Source: Christensenellales bacterium
GTDB taxonomy: Bacteria; Bacillota; Clostridia; Christensenellales; DTU072
NCBI GenBank assembly: GCA_050945855.1
Contig: JBMNTS010000002.1
Coordinates: 6,480-70,479, forward strand
Reading direction: 5' to 3'
DNA length: 64,000 bases
In this document: piece by piece, positions 1 through 8,958 of the stretch
Layout: every line of letters begins with the position of its first letter
Position numbering within the stretch: position 1 is the first letter of the stretch
Notes under the pieces: model-generated
The model's input: only the letters and a program-made list of their open reading frames with translations
Told to the model about the DNA's origin: nothing
Databases searched by the model: none
Position numbers and translations under genes: made by a program

Positions 1-608
1 ACGCCTTCCACCAATCCCTTAAAGCCTATTACGATACCGCTCTGCATATTGGTAATCGTAGTGCGCGCAATAGAAAACTCGGGGACGGCAAGCTCCACCC
101 TGGGCAGTTTTGCCGCCGTGTTTACCAGCGCTTCCGCGGCAAGCTTCAAGCCCGGAGCTATCGCTCCGCCCAGGAAAACGCCGTTTTCGTCCAGCACGTT
201 AAAAGTGGTGGCGGTGCCGAAATCCACTATAATGCAAGGACCGCCGTAAATGGTATAGGCCGCCTCCGAGCATATTATCCTGTCCGCGCCCACTTCCTCC
301 TTATTGACAAGGTCAAAGTTGACAGTCATATTGATATAGGCGTCTACCGTAATCGGCTTAATGCCGATGTAATAAGTGCACATATGCTCCATTGTGTAAT
401 TCATACTGGGTACCACGGAGCTCATAATCACGCCTTTGATATCGCTGAACTCATAACCTTTGGATTCCAGCAAATCAAGAAGTATCATACCGAACTCGTC
501 CGCGGTTTTTCTGTTGTCCGTAGCGATGCGCCAGGTAAACAAAGTACTCTCGGAATTGGCAAGACCCAGTTTAATATTGGTATTGCCTATATCAATCAGT
601 AAATTCAT
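1..608 (-). CDS. coaX: type III pantothenate kinase (partial; C-terminus lies beyond the left window edge)
   Basis: Absent from the ORF track because it runs off the edge. My reverse translation from ATG 608-606 gives MNLLIDIGNTNIKLGLANSESTLFTWRIATDNRKTADEFG...CIIVDFGTATTFNVLDENGVFLGGAIAPG. This contains the DIGNT and DFGTATT phosphate-binding motifs of CoaX-type pantothenate kinases. An AAGGAG SD-like element lies upstream. Confidence 0.85.
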   Translation of the reverse strand, partial: MNLLIDIGNTNIKLGLANSESTLFTWRIATDNRKTADEFGMILLDLLESKGYEFSDIKGVIMSSVVPSMNYTMEHMCTYYIGIKPITVDAYINMTVNFDLVNKEEVGADRIICSEAAYTIYGGPCIIVDFGTATTFNVLDENGVFLGGAIAPGLKLAAEALVNTAAKLPRVELAVPEFSIARTTITNMQSGIVIGFKGLVEG

Positions 609-741
609 TTTTTGCTTTCTCCTTTGGACTACAATAACAAATTTGGTTAAAAATGTCAATCATTTGGCATTTAAAGAGGCTTGCGGCTTAGGCTCTATCA
701 TATACCGCGTATATGTTTACTATATTATCTATGAGGCGTTT

Positions 742-1359
742 ATGCACCAATTATTTAACCTTTTTACGGATTTTATTCTGCGCTTGTTCGGCAACAATTA
801 TTTGTCCGTGATACTGCTCTCTTTTGTGCCGCTTATTGAATCGGCGGGAGCGGTACCCATTGCTCTCAACCTGGGGCTTAATCCTTTGGAAAGCATCTTT
901 TTTTCCTCAATAGGGGCGGTGATTATCTGCCCTATGATATACCTTGTGCTGGAACCTGCGATTAAATGGATGAAGAGCACGAATATCTTTAGAAAATTCG
1001 CGGAAAAGACGGAGGAAAACATTAAAAATCAAGCGCTGGAGCTGCAAAGAAAGGCGGAGGGTAAAAGAAAGGATGCGGCAAGAAAGCTGCTGCTGCTTTT
1101 TCTGTTTGTGCTTACGCCCATGCCCTTTTCCGGACTGTGGACGGGCAGCGCCGTCGCCATATTTTTGTCCCTGCCCGCGAAAAGCGCGGTAACCACGCTT
1201 ATCGCCGCCAATTTCGCGTCCAGCTCTATGGTGTGCCTTGCCTCTTTAGCCCTAGGCAAGCACAGCTATTTTGTTTTTTTGATATTGGTTATTCTGATTG
1301 CCGTATCCTTTCTGACCGTTGCCATAAGAATGATAAAAAACTATACAAAAAAAGCCTGA
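742..1359 (+). CDS. small multidrug export-family (COG2426-like) membrane protein
   Basis: In-frame ATG at 742 within ORF 460..1359, with a GAGG SD 5 nt upstream. The part upstream of 742 overlaps coaX and was rejected. LSFVPLIESAGAVPIALNLGLNP and PMPFSGLWTGSAVAIFL resemble this family. It has several TM helices and a K/E-rich insert. Confidence 0.55.
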   Translation: MHQLFNLFTDFILRLFGNNYLSVILLSFVPLIESAGAVPIALNLGLNPLESIFFSSIGAVIICPMIYLVLEPAIKWMKSTNIFRKFAEKTEENIKNQALELQRKAEGKRKDAARKLLLLFLFVLTPMPFSGLWTGSAVAIFLSLPAKSAVTTLIAANFASSSMVCLASLALGKHSYFVFLILVILIAVSFLTVAIRMIKNYTKKA

Positions 1360-1593
1360 GATTGCCGTGGCTTTAACCTAAGGATTATTAAACCCGCTCT
1401 TGTAGCAGGTGGGTGAACTGTCGTACGCTCAACCTTCCCCTGGCGTTCCTGAGAACGGGGGCATGGCATCACTTTCGAACGCGTAAACCCTAATAATATT
1501 CTGCGGTTAAAAATCATCTTAGTGGCCACGAACATCTAAGGCTATACTTAATATTACCATAAAAACGCCGAAATTTCAATAGAGGCAAAAATA

Positions 1594-2463
1594 TTAAGGG
1601 TTACAAATTTTGCTAAAAGGGGAGGTCTTTATATCGTCCAATATCTTTTGCACAAGGATATGCGCGGGGTTAAAGCCGTAACATTCCTCCACGCCTTTAA
1701 AATACGCGTTGCCGTTTATTTCTATCAGCATAGGGTTTTCCGAATCAAAAAAATCCACTCCGCAATAAAACAGACCGCAAGCTTCGGCTATTTTTCGGGC
1801 GGCGGCATAAAAGTGCGCGGGCGGCGTATGAGCGGAGCATACTCCCCCCCTCTCCTTATTGCTTCTGAAATCAAGGGCGTTGGCATATTTTAGGAAGCAT
1901 ATTACTTCTCCGCCTATTACGACAGCCCTTATGCTCCTCCCCACGCTCTCGCCGATAAATTGCTGCAATATGTATCTCTTTTCAAAATACTGACGGTCCA
2001 GTTGTATCAACTCACTCCGGGAGGACACCATATACACGTCTTTTCCCAGTGAACTTTTGTCCGCCTTCAGCACTAAGGGATAGCCCAATTTTTGCTCAAT
2101 AAGAGAAAAAAAGCCCTCCTCCGGCGGGGCATAAGAATAACGCAAAGGAGAAAGCACGCTTGCGGGCATATCCGCTATGCCCCGGCAAGCAAGATAAGAG
2201 GCTATTTTGCTGTCCGCGGCAAGAATTGCCTGCGGAGAATTGTATACCTTGATTCCGCTCTGCTCTATTGCGCAGGCGGCATAATAATCCTTATCGCAAA
2301 AAATGCAAAAATCAGCTTTGGTTTTTTGGGATAAAAAATCGGTTAAGCTGTTAAAAACCAGATAGTCAATGCCTTTGCCGACCAAAGCGTTTATGATACT
2401 CGCTCTCTGGTGAAGGGAACTTGCCGAACTGTAATAAGCGTTTTCATATATTAACGCAAGCAT
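1594..2463 (-). CDS. RimK/glutathione-synthetase-type ATP-grasp ligase
   Basis: 289 aa. ATP-grasp motifs are GYPLVLKADKSSLGKDVYMV, QQFIGESVGRSIRAVVIGGEV, DFRSNKERGG and GVDFFDSENPMLIEINGNAYF. The start ATG overlaps the upstream stop codon (TAATG at 2461-2465). Confidence 0.75.
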   Translation of the reverse strand: MLALIYENAYYSSASSLHQRASIINALVGKGIDYLVFNSLTDFLSQKTKADFCIFCDKDYYAACAIEQSGIKVYNSPQAILAADSKIASYLACRGIADMPASVLSPLRYSYAPPEEGFFSLIEQKLGYPLVLKADKSSLGKDVYMVSSRSELIQLDRQYFEKRYILQQFIGESVGRSIRAVVIGGEVICFLKYANALDFRSNKERGGVCSAHTPPAHFYAAARKIAEACGLFYCGVDFFDSENPMLIEINGNAYFKGVEECYGFNPAHILVQKILDDIKTSPFSKICNP

Positions 2464-4160
2464 TATTTACTGTATTTTAGACCGCAGTTGAGAATTTTGG
2501 GGCCCGTCTTTGTATAGCTGGATAAATACACGCTGTCGTTAAGGTTGCCTATATTCGCCATTTCCATTCTCAGATAGTTATCGTAAAAACCTTCGTTGAC
2601 TACGGGCACGAACTGATACCTGTGCGAAGGCTGCTTTACCGTGATATCCAGAGAGCTTATGTTATTGTTATTGTAAGCCTTATCTTTCAATTCCAGTTTA
2701 TAAAAACCGGATTCGTCCGTGGTGATTGTAATCGCGGGATAGCCGTCTTTATAATTCACGGTAATTTCCACATTGGGAACAAAGGCGCCGAAGCCGTCGT
2801 CTATCTTTTGATTGCTGTTTTCGTCAAGGAAAACGTATCCGCAAATAAACGGCGTTTCTATATCGCTCTTTTGATAATTCTCGGACTGGAATTTCGTCAG
2901 CACGTAAGGCGCGCTCTCCCCGTCCACGGGCTGGGAGTATTGACCGAATTTATGACCCACAACCGCTTTGATGTAAGTGGTGGGAGTCCACGCGCTAAGA
3001 CCGTAGACAAGCGAATTTCTGTCCGAAGTTTGGTAATAATCGTCAAGAATGGGATAAGTAATGTCCTTTCTTATATTGCTGTCCGAATCAGAACCCAGCG
3101 TCCTGTCGCTGCCGTTCATGGAATAAAGATACCAGTCCAGGCTTATCCTGTTTTGCGCAAGATAATATTCGCTGAAGCGCGAAGAGTAGCTTTGCCTGAA
3201 ATCCAGGCTTGCGGTATTTGACAATATTGTGGAGTGCAGCGATATATCCGCTTCCGAATAAGGCTCTCCGTAGGAGTCGGAATAATCGGGGTCGCTTTCG
3301 ATATATTCAAAAATCATACCCTTAGCATTTAAGGCGGCTATGCTTTTGGAGGCGTATTCCAGCGGAGTGGCAATCTGCTTGTCCGCCACCGGGTATCCCT
3401 CCCATCCTTTCCAGTCAATGGCAATATCCGCGCGTTCGTTGGAAAAGTAAGGGTCGCATAAAGTGACGCGTCTGGGCAGGAATTTGCCGTCAATCTGTCC
3501 CGCGGCGTAATAATTGTGCAAATATTCGGCGGCGGAAAGAGCAAAAGCGGCTCCCGCGCCGTTGCCGACAAACCTTATTTCGCTGCCGCGCAAGGGCTTG
3601 TCCGCCATATACGCCAAATACCTTGCCGCAAACACTTCGGTAAGGCTGTGGCTGAGCTTAGACGCCTCGCGGGTAATTGTCTGACCCTCGTTTTTGTAGC
3701 TAAGATAATCGTTGTTGAATATTTTCGCATATACGTTGGACACAAGGTCGTCCGCGAATTGCTCATAATGGAAAATGCCTACGTTGAAACCCGCTTTTTC
3801 CCAGTAATAAGCCAAATCCCTCAGATTGGAAAGATTGCGGTCGGTAAACCTCTTATAGTTTTCGGAAATTATATCGTCGGGGTATTCCTCCGCGGGCAGG
3901 GCGAAAGTGGCGGAGTCGTCCGCGCCGTTGGGCATTTCGCCGTGAAAATAAATTAAGGTGGAACGGGTGGCGTAATATGTTCCGCCCAGCCACTCTATAT
4001 CCAGTTGTCCCTCTCTTAAAGCGGGAAAAGTAATATCGTTAAGTGTAACGGACTTAGGAGGCTCGGGAAGCTTTTCGTTGCATCCCGCCGCAAAGAGAGC
4101 GATTGCACTAAGCGTTGCGGCTAAAATAACGATTACGGCTATTCTGTTGATTTTTCGCAT
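2463..4160 (-). CDS. lipoprotein with a lipase-like alpha/beta-hydrolase fold (nucleophile substituted) and a C-terminal SdrD-B/Cna-B-like domain
   Basis: Signal peptide and lipobox MRKINRIAVIVILAATLSAIALFAAG|C. The central region parallels pancreatic-lipase-type hydrolases: TLIYFHGE, EIRFVGNGAGAAFA in place of xxGHSLGAH, and RRVTLCDPYFS in place of RITGLDPAGP. The C-terminal ICGYVFLDENSNQKIDDG...TTDESGFYKLE looks like an SdrD-B-type beta-sandwich. Confidence 0.6.
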   Translation of the reverse strand: MRKINRIAVIVILAATLSAIALFAAGCNEKLPEPPKSVTLNDITFPALREGQLDIEWLGGTYYATRSTLIYFHGEMPNGADDSATFALPAEEYPDDIISENYKRFTDRNLSNLRDLAYYWEKAGFNVGIFHYEQFADDLVSNVYAKIFNNDYLSYKNEGQTITREASKLSHSLTEVFAARYLAYMADKPLRGSEIRFVGNGAGAAFALSAAEYLHNYYAAGQIDGKFLPRRVTLCDPYFSNERADIAIDWKGWEGYPVADKQIATPLEYASKSIAALNAKGMIFEYIESDPDYSDSYGEPYSEADISLHSTILSNTASLDFRQSYSSRFSEYYLAQNRISLDWYLYSMNGSDRTLGSDSDSNIRKDITYPILDDYYQTSDRNSLVYGLSAWTPTTYIKAVVGHKFGQYSQPVDGESAPYVLTKFQSENYQKSDIETPFICGYVFLDENSNQKIDDGFGAFVPNVEITVNYKDGYPAITITTDESGFYKLELKDKAYNNNNISSLDITVKQPSHRYQFVPVVNEGFYDNYLRMEMANIGNLNDSVYLSSYTKTGPKILNCGLKYSK

Positions 4161-4174
4161 ATTTCTTAATTACG

Positions 4175-4195
4175 AAAAGCGCGACTTGCGCTTTT
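4175..4195 (-). terminator. intrinsic terminator downstream of rny
   Basis: AAAAGCGC-gactt-GCGCTTTT, a perfect 8-bp stem. On the minus strand it is followed by TTTTCG. It sits 10 nt after the rny stop codon. Confidence 0.6.
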
Positions 4196-4204
4196 GCGTT
4201 TATT

Positions 4205-5797
4205 TTATTTTGCGTATTCCACGTAACGCAATTCACGTATTACGTTGACTTTTATTTGTCCCGGGTACTCAAGCTCACTCTCCAGCTTTTTGGCTATATC
4301 CTTTGCCAAAAATGAGGTGGCCGAATCGTCCATTACCTCGGGTTTAACAATAACCCTGATTTCCCTGCCTGCCTGAATAGCGTAAGATTGCTCCACGCCG
4401 GTAAAGGAATTGGCAAGCGTTTCCAGTTTTTCCAACCGCTTTACGTAACTCTCGATAGATTCCCTTCTCGCTCCCGGTCTTGCGCCGCTGATGGCGTCCG
4501 CCGCCTGAACTATTATCGCTTCCAGCGTCTGCGGCTCCACGTCGCCGTGGTGAGCTTCTATGGCGTGCACGATATTTTCTTTTTCTTTATATTTGCGAGC
4601 AAGCTCCACGCCTATCTGGATATGAGTGCCCTCGTACTCGTGGTCCACAGCTTTTCCTAAGTCGTGCAGCAATCCCGCGCGTTTGGCGACCTTTACGTCC
4701 GCTCCCAATTCCGCGGCCATTAATCCTGCAAGGTAAGACACCTCCAGCGAATGCTTAAGCACGTTTTGACCGTAGCTGGTGCGGTATTTCATTCTGCCCA
4801 GCAGTTTTATGATTTCGGGGTGAATGCCGAAAAGCCCCGCATCGAATACGGCGGCGTTGCCTGCTTCTCTGATTTCCTGATTGATATCTCTTTTGACTCT
4901 GGTCGCTACCTCTTCTATCCTGCCCGGGTGTATGCGCCCGTCCGCGACCAGCTTTTGCAAGGTTTGACGCGCAATCTCACGCCTGACGGGGTCAAAACTC
5001 GTCAGCGTAACCACATCCGGAGTGTCGTCTATAATAATATCCACGCCGGTGCAGCTTTCAAGAGCCTTAATATTGCGGCCCACTCTGCCTATTATGCGGC
5101 CCTTCATTTCGTCGCTGGGCAGTTCCACCACGGATACGGTGGTCTCCGCGGCGTGGTCCACGGCACACCTTTGAATGGCCATTGAAATAATCTCTTTTGC
5201 TTTCTTTTCCGCGTTTTCCCTAGCGTCGTCCTCTATTTCTTTGGCGATAACGGCAGCGTCCTTGCGTGCCTCGTCGGTAATCTGCAGAATAAGCAATTCC
5301 TTTGCTTCCGTCCTTGTAAGACCGCTGACCTTTTCCAACTCCGCCAGTTTTTTGGCGTCATATTCCGCAAGTTTTATTTCCAACTCGTCCAGTTCGGACT
5401 TCTTCTGAACCAATTCCTCTTTCAGGCTTTCGATTTGTTCGTTTTTCTTGTCCAGAAGCTGTTCCTTCTTGGTCAGTGCGTCTTCTCTCTGATTTAGTCT
5501 GTTTACCTCTTTTTTTATCTCGTTTCTTTGGTTTCTTGACTCCTGTTCAAATTCGTTACGGAGTCTTATTTGCTCCTCTTTTGCCTCTAAAAGCGCTTCT
5601 TTCCTTAATGATTTTGCTTCGATGCGCGCTTCCTCGAGTATTTTAGCTGACTCTGTTTTAGCCATTCCTATTTTATTGATAATTATTTTTTTATAAATAA
5701 GTATCCCTGCGAAGCCCCCTAAAGCGAGAGCCGGCAGGATAAGGATGTACCCAAGCAAAGTCCCAATGCCAAGCATTGTAAGACTGCTAAACATCAT
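4205..5797 (-). CDS. rny: ribonuclease Y
   Basis: 530 aa. N-terminal TM helix, long K/E-rich coiled coil, KH domain ([15 protein letters not shown]) and HD domain ([10 protein letters not shown]...LLHDLGKA...HH). AGGAGG SD upstream. Confidence 0.95.
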   Translation of the reverse strand: MMFSSLTMLGIGTLLGYILILPALALGGFAGILIYKKIIINKIGMAKTESAKILEEARIEAKSLRKEALLEAKEEQIRLRNEFEQESRNQRNEIKKEVNRLNQREDALTKKEQLLDKKNEQIESLKEELVQKKSELDELEIKLAEYDAKKLAELEKVSGLTRTEAKELLILQITDEARKDAAVIAKEIEDDARENAEKKAKEIISMAIQRCAVDHAAETTVSVVELPSDEMKGRIIGRVGRNIKALESCTGVDIIIDDTPDVVTLTSFDPVRREIARQTLQKLVADGRIHPGRIEEVATRVKRDINQEIREAGNAAVFDAGLFGIHPEIIKLLGRMKYRTSYGQNVLKHSLEVSYLAGLMAAELGADVKVAKRAGLLHDLGKAVDHEYEGTHIQIGVELARKYKEKENIVHAIEAHHGDVEPQTLEAIIVQAADAISGARPGARRESIESYVKRLEKLETLANSFTGVEQSYAIQAGREIRVIVKPEVMDDSATSFLAKDIAKKLESELEYPGQIKVNVIRELRYVEYAK

Positions 5798-5866
5798 AAC
5801 CTCCTATTAAATTGTGAATTTACAGTATGATAAGGGCGTAATGCCTATATTATCCTATATAAAAAG

Positions 5867-5895
5867 AGTATAACCCATTAAGCTGTTTTTGTCAA
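5867..5895 (-). promoter_or_regulatory. sigma-A-type promoter for rny
   Basis: Minus-strand TTGACA (5895-5890), 17-nt spacer, TATACT (5872-5867), about 70 nt upstream of the rny ATG. Confidence 0.5.
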
Positions 5896-5954
5896 CAAAT
5901 TGCTTATTGTTTTACCTTGACGCCCAAGGCATGCCTTAAACGAAAATAAAGGCT

Positions 5955-6941
5955 TCAGACGGCAAAGTTTTTGCGCGTGCTTTCTTCGATTTCCGCTGCT
6001 ATATCGGGGTTTTCGCTTAAAAATTGTATGGCGCGCTCTCTGCCCTGACCGATTTTCTCGTCCTTGTAGCTGTACCAAGAGCCCGCTTTTACAACTATTC
6101 CCTGTTCGGCGGCAACATCTAGGATGCAGCCGTAAGTGGAGATTCCCTTACCGTAAATAATATCGAATTCCGCTATCTTGAAAGGTGCTGCAAGCTTGTT
6201 TTTAATGACTCTGATGCGGGTGCGATTGCCTACGATGTCGTTGCCCGATTTGATGGAATCGATTTTACGCACGTCAAAGCGCATGCTGGAGTAAAACTTG
6301 AGCGCCTTGCCGCCCGGCGTCGTTTCCGGAGAGCCGAACAACACTCCAACTTTTTCCCTAAGCTGATTGATAAACACCACGCAGGTATTGCTTTTGTTGG
6401 TTATGCTGGCAAGCTTGCGCAAAGCCTGAGACATCAGCCTTGCCTGAAGACCGATAAAGCTGTCTCCCATTTCGCCGTCTATCTCCGCTTTGGGAGTGAG
6501 CGCGGCAACGGAATCTATCACCACCACATCCACGCCGCCCGACTTAATAAGCTGCTCGGCTATATCCAGCGCCTGCTCTCCGTTATCGGGCTGAGAAACG
6601 TATAAGTTTTTAAGGTTCACGCCCAGCTTTTCCGCATAGATAGGGTCAAGAGCGTGTTCGGCGTCGATAAACGCCGCTATCCCGTCCGCCTTTTGGGCTT
6701 GCGCAATTATGTGAAGAGCTACCGTGGTTTTGCCGCTGGATTCCGGACCGAATATTTCTATTATTCTTCCCCTGGGCACTCCTCCTATACCTGTTGCCAA
6801 ATCCAGCACAAGGCACCCGGTGGGTATTATGTCCACCTTAACCTTGGTTTCCCCGTCCAACTTCATTATCGAGCCTTTTCCGAACTGCTTTTCTATGCTG
6901 TCTATAGCCGCTTTAAGCAGCTTCATTCTATCTTCGTTCAT
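5955..6941 (-). CDS. recA: recombinase RecA
   Basis: 328 aa. [13 protein letters not shown], Walker [10 protein letters not shown], and [10 protein letters not shown] / VVIDSVAAL motifs. AAGGAG SD upstream. Confidence 0.97.
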   Translation of the reverse strand: MNEDRMKLLKAAIDSIEKQFGKGSIMKLDGETKVKVDIIPTGCLVLDLATGIGGVPRGRIIEIFGPESSGKTTVALHIIAQAQKADGIAAFIDAEHALDPIYAEKLGVNLKNLYVSQPDNGEQALDIAEQLIKSGGVDVVVIDSVAALTPKAEIDGEMGDSFIGLQARLMSQALRKLASITNKSNTCVVFINQLREKVGVLFGSPETTPGGKALKFYSSMRFDVRKIDSIKSGNDIVGNRTRIRVIKNKLAAPFKIAEFDIIYGKGISTYGCILDVAAEQGIVVKAGSWYSYKDEKIGQGRERAIQFLSENPDIAAEIEESTRKNFAV

Positions 6942-6957
6942 TACAATCTCCTTTTGT

Positions 6958-7626
6958 TTAATAATATTTCATAATGTGCATAAACGTCTTGTAAAGAGCG
7001 GTGTTGACGCTCTTTTCTCTAATCTCGTCCCTATCGCCGGAAAAGATATATTCAAAAACATCCTCCCCCAGATCGCTTGCCACCGCTATGTATACCAACC
7101 CTACCGGTTTTTGCAAACTGCCCCCTCCGGGGCCCGCAATCCCGGTAATTGATATCCCAATCTGCGCTTTATCCTCCAATACGCCGCGCGCCATTTCCAT
7201 TGCCGCCTCCCTGGATACCGCGCCGTATCTGATAAGCGTATCCTTTTTTACCCCCAGCCTGATCTGCTTGGAAGAATTGGTGTAGGATACTATCCCCTCA
7301 TAGAATATTTCGCTTGCGCCGGGTACCTGCGTTATTTTCGCGCTGAGCAATCCTCCCGTACAGCTTTCCGCTGTGGCTACGGTGAGATTGTTTTCGGACA
7401 AGAAATCCACCAAAGTCTTTTGCAGGCTTATATCCCCGGTATTGTAAATCCTCTCGTCCAATACCTGTTCCGCCTGCGCGATATCCTCTTGCTCGGCATC
7501 AAAAATACAAAGCCTTACGTCCAGATTATCCTCTTCCAATTCGTAATCCAACGCTCCGCCGAATTGGTCGTCCAGTATCTGCTCTATTTCCGTGGCATTG
7601 CCGTACAATTTAATTATCTTGTCCAT
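6958..7626 (-). CDS. cinA: CinA-family protein with only the linker and C-terminal PncC-like NMN amidohydrolase domain
   Basis: 222 aa. [39 protein letters not shown] is the CinA C-terminal/PncC signature. It occupies the classical position upstream of recA. Confidence 0.7.
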   Translation of the reverse strand: MDKIIKLYGNATEIEQILDDQFGGALDYELEEDNLDVRLCIFDAEQEDIAQAEQVLDERIYNTGDISLQKTLVDFLSENNLTVATAESCTGGLLSAKITQVPGASEIFYEGIVSYTNSSKQIRLGVKKDTLIRYGAVSREAAMEMARGVLEDKAQIGISITGIAGPGGGSLQKPVGLVYIAVASDLGEDVFEYIFSGDRDEIREKSVNTALYKTFMHIMKYY

Positions 7627-7650
7627 AAGCAGCCCCTTTTGCCCTATGGC

Positions 7651-8958
7651 TTAAACCGTTTCGCCATGCAAATAAAAATCCGCATGAGTAATTTTGACCG
7701 AATAATAATTGCCAACCGATAAAGGCTTGTCCGAAGAAAAACGCACCTGCGGGTCGATATCCGGCGCCTGAAAATCGCATCTGCCGCTGAATTTTTGCAA
7801 GTCGTAGTCGATATCCTCGTATATTACCCGCAAAACTCTGCCTACGTATTTGGCGTTGTTTTTTGCTATCTTTTCAAGCTGCGCCTGCTCCAGTCCCTTT
7901 GCTCTTTGCAGCCTTACTCTTTGGGGCACCCGCGGGGAAAATCCGACCGCTTTTGTGCCTTCCTCTGGGCTGAAAGGGAAAAATCCCGCGTAATCCACAG
8001 GTCCTTCGCAAATAAATTTCTTTAACAGCTCAAATTCCTTTTGCCCTTCGCCGGGAAAGCCGGTAATAAAGGTGGAACGGATAACAAAATCTTCACTTTT
8101 TGCCTTAATGCCGTCCAACAGCGCGGAAATCTCTTTGCTTGTCGTCCTGCGGTTCATACGCTTCAATATCCCGTCGTCTATGTGCTGGAGCGGAATATCC
8201 AGGTATTTTGCCATGCTCTTACTTGACAGGATATAGTCAATCAGCTCATCGGTCACCATATCCGGATAAGCGTACATCAGCCTTATGCACTCGAAACCGA
8301 TATCCTCAAGAGCGGACAACAAATCTATTATAGCATATTTCCCGTATAAATCATACCCGTAACGCAAGGTATCCTGCGCCACTATTATCAGCTCTTTTAC
8401 TCCGGTTGAGTAAAGTTCGCTCGCTTCCTCCTCCAGCGCTTTTATAGGCTCGGAACGGTATCTGCCACGTATAGCGGGAATTGCGCAATAAGAGCAGCAG
8501 TTATTGCAGCCTTCCGCAATCTTTAGGTAAGCGTAATGCTCGGGCGTGGTAAGCAGTCTGCCTTTGCCGCCCTGCCACGCGCCCTCGGGGTTGATGATGC
8601 GTGGAGAAGAACTGATATTTTTGATAATGTCCGCTATATTCGCGTAGCCGCCCTGACCTACAAACACGCTTACCTCGGGCATTTCCTTTACAAGCTCGTC
8701 CGCGTACCTTTTGGCAAGACACCCCAGCACTACAATCTTTTTATTTAGCCCCGCGGTAGCCTCGGCGCACTCCATTATCGCCTCCAGACTTTCCCGCTTT
8801 GCCTCGTCAATAAAGGCGCAGGTATTGATCAGAATGATATCCGCGTCCGCGTAATTGTCCGCGAAAACGTGTCCCTCATTTTTAAGAGTATATAATATTT
8901 TTTCACTGTCCACCCTGTTTTTATCGCAACCCAGGGAAAGCATACCTATCTTTGCCAT
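7651..8958 (-). CDS. rimO: ribosomal protein S12 methylthiotransferase
   Basis: 435 aa. MTTase N-domain (LGCDKNRVDSE...INTCAF), radical-SAM CNNCCSYC (CxxxCxxC) and a C-terminal TRAM domain. Confidence 0.9.
   Translation of the reverse strand: MAKIGMLSLGCDKNRVDSEKILYTLKNEGHVFADNYADADIILINTCAFIDEAKRESLEAIMECAEATAGLNKKIVVLGCLAKRYADELVKEMPEVSVFVGQGGYANIADIIKNISSSPRIINPEGAWQGGKGRLLTTPEHYAYLKIAEGCNNCCSYCAIPAIRGRYRSEPIKALEEEASELYSTGVKELIIVAQDTLRYGYDLYGKYAIIDLLSALEDIGFECIRLMYAYPDMVTDELIDYILSSKSMAKYLDIPLQHIDDGILKRMNRRTTSKEISALLDGIKAKSEDFVIRSTFITGFPGEGQKEFELLKKFICEGPVDYAGFFPFSPEEGTKAVGFSPRVPQRVRLQRAKGLEQAQLEKIAKNNAKYVGRVLRVIYEDIDYDLQKFSGRCDFQAPDIDPQVRFSSDKPLSVGNYYSVKITHADFYLHGETV

Noticed and set aside
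460-741. The N-terminal 94 codons of ORF 460..1359.
   Set aside because: This part overlaps the coaX coding region and its promoter and SD region. The family-like sequence begins at ATG 742, which has its own GAGG SD.
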